Assembly (NCBI RefSeq): GCF_006345805.1
Contig: NW_021836162.1
Coordinates: 1-64,000, forward strand
Direction of reading: 5' to 3'
Length of the DNA: 64,000 bases
Source of the DNA: Octopus sinensis
Taxonomy: Eukaryota
Shown here piece by piece: positions 62,000-64,000 of the stretch (its first letter is position 1; every line of letters begins with the position of its first letter). The notes beneath the pieces are model-generated. The model did not search any database. It saw only the letters and a list, made by a program, of their open reading frames with translations, and was not told where the DNA came from. Position numbers and translations under genes: made by a program.

Positions 62000-62370
62000 A
62001 TCATCATCATCGTTAAACGTCCGCTTTCCATGCTAGCATGGGTTGGACGGTTCAACTGGGGTCTGGGAAGCCAGAAGGCTGCACCAGACCCAGTCTGATC
62101 TGGCAGTGTTTCTACAGCTGGATGCCCTTCCTAACGCCAACCACTCCGTGAGTGTAGTGGGTGCTTTTTACGTGCGACCAGCACAAGTGCCAGACGAGGC
62201 TGGCAACGGCCATGATCGGATGGTGTTTTGTACATGCCACTGGCACAGAGGCCAGTCGGGGCAGCGCTGGCAACAGCCACATTCAGATGGTTCTCTTACG
62301 TGCCACTGGCACTGGTATCACAGCTACAATTTCCATTGATGTTGATCGATTTCGATTTTGATTGTCCCTG
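62000..62370 (-). mobile_element. Family A RTE 3' end
   Basis: catcatcatcgttaaacgtccgc... through gttgatcgatttcgattttg. Confidence 0.8.
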
Positions 62371-62509
62371 TCATTTTTTCTTGCCCCTCCTTAATTCTTG
62401 TCCCTTTGCCTCTACCTCAACTTTTCTCTTCCCACATGACCGGTATTCAGGCCAAGCCTGATCTTTCTTTCTTGTTACATGTTTTTCTCTTATATACTCT
62501 TTACTCTTT

Positions 62510-62930
62510 TACTCTTTTACTCTTTTACTCTTTTACTTGTTTCAGTCATTTGACTGCGGCCATGCTGGAGCACCACCTTTAGTCGAGCAACTCGACCCCG
62601 GGACTTATTCTTTGTAAGCCCAGTACTTATTCTATCGGTCTCTTTTGCCGAACCGCTAAGTAACGGGGACGTAAATACACCAGCATCGGTTGTCAAGCAA
62701 TGCTAGAGGGATAAACACAGACACAAAAACATATACACACACATACATATATATATATATACATATATACGACAGGCTTCTTTCAGTTTCCGTCTACCAA
62801 ATCCACTCACAAGGCTTTGGTCGGCCCGAGGCTATAGCAGAAGACACTTGCCCAAGATGCCACACAGTGGGACTGAACCCGGAACCATGTGGTTGGTTAG
62901 CAAGCTACTTACCACACAGCCACTCCTGCG
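62510..62930 (-). mobile_element. Family B SINE, full length with (actctttt)n tail
   Basis: Tail through head present. Confidence 0.9.
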
Positions 62931-63127
62931 TATATAATACACACATACAGGACAAGTAAACCTAAATCTGACTAACAGGACACAGCATTTGTAATTTCAT
63001 TGGACTATTACTTACTGTTGTCTTGCCTTCCATTCATGTAATATAGTGTTGGAATTTCTGCTCTCACCCTGGTTCAGATTTGAAACTGAATCTTTCAATT
63101 CTCCTTAGGCATACTTCTTCTGGAGTG

Positions 63128-63510
63128 GAAGCACTCCGTCGGTTACGACGATGAGGGTTCCGGTTGATCCGAATCAACGGAACAGCCTGCTCGTGAAATT
63201 AACGTGTAAGTGGCTGAGCACTCCACAGACACGTGCACCCTTAACGTAGTTCTCGGGGATGTTCAACGTGACACAGAGAGTGACAAGGCCGGTCCCTTGA
63301 AATACAGGTACAACAGAAACAGGAAGTAAGAGTGAAAGAAAGTTGTGGTGAAAGAGTACAGCAGAGATCACCACCATCCCCTGCCGGAGTCTCGTGGGGC
63401 TTTTAGGTGTTTTTGCTCAATAAACACTCACAACGCCCGGTCTTGGAATCGAAACCGCGTTTCTATGACCGTGAGTCCGCTGCCCTAACCACTGGGTCAT
63501 TGCACCTCCA
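63128..63510 (-). mobile_element. Family C SINE, full length
   Basis: Reverse complement of the 42279-42665 copy. Confidence 0.9.
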
Positions 63511-63519
63511 CCATACTTC

Positions 63520-63750
63520 TTCTAACCGCTCAGTCGAAGTTGTCTCTCGGTCACTCGATGGATCAGTGCCCTCCAGTCAGTTCTATCCTGGGCCGCTTCT
63601 TTTAGACTGGCTATGTCCATTCCGGTATCACTCTTGATGGTGTCAAGCCAGCAGGTTCTTGGTCGGCCTCTTCCTCTCTTGCCATTGACCATTCCGAGCA
63701 TGATGTCCTTCTCCAGGGATTCTCTCCGCATAATATGACCGAAATATGCC
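63520..63750 (-). mobile_element. RTE (BovB-like) 3' fragment, same family as 9.9-10.9 kb
   Basis: LEKDIMLGMVNGKRGRGRPRTCWLDTIKSDTGMDIASLKEAAQDRTDW. Confidence 0.85.
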
Positions 63751-63869
63751 TATTCAAATGTCGAAGGAAACTGTGGTAAATGGGTCTTCCACTTCACCTG
63801 TGGCCTTTTCAGTGCCATCACACAGTCCCCTGGATTCCCTAAAGCTATTCTTCTATATATCATTTTCTA

Positions 63870-63975
63870 GCTTCTCAGTTCTGATATGAGTATTAATAAA
63901 AGTCAGGGCCAAACACTAAAAGTTGCTGAATTGCAACTTGAAGAACAAACAGAAGTTTGTATATGAAACCCATCT
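63870..63975 (+). pseudogene. Second Helitron helicase motif fragment
   Basis: MSINKSQGQTLKVAELQLEEQ; nucleotide match to 61885-61985. Confidence 0.65.
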
Positions 63976-64000
63976 TTTTTCTACTTTAATTGTTACATGT

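Overview
Eukaryotic, AT-rich, repeat-saturated genomic DNA. The SINE and LINE families look like those of an octopus or other coleoid cephalopod; this is recognition from memory and is not database-checked. No intact protein-coding ORF was found, and almost all ORFs in the track are microsatellite or TE readings. Repeat content: three abundant tRNA-headed SINE families (here B, C, D) plus a fourth short tRNA-head/(AAT)n/hammerhead element; many 3' ends and ORF2 fragments of RTE-clade LINEs; three R4/Dong-like (restriction-like endonuclease) fragments at TAA microsatellites; hAT-, piggyBac- and Merlin/MULE-like MITEs; Helitron remnants; Penelope-like ends with minimal hammerhead ribozyme motifs; long microsatellites; and several TE-derived tandem arrays and fold-back palindromes. 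Five short AG..GT-bounded open segments on the minus strand may be exons of a host gene whose introns hold all this (low confidence). Most notable: (i) a tRNA-head + (AAT)n + minimal-hammerhead composite element present as a head-to-head palindrome, whose internal AAT tract appears to be a landing pad for stacked Dong-like LINEs; (ii) a CpG-rich island with nested inverted repeats at 55.9-57.9 kb; (iii) repeated birth of tandem arrays from the same TE termini at independent loci.
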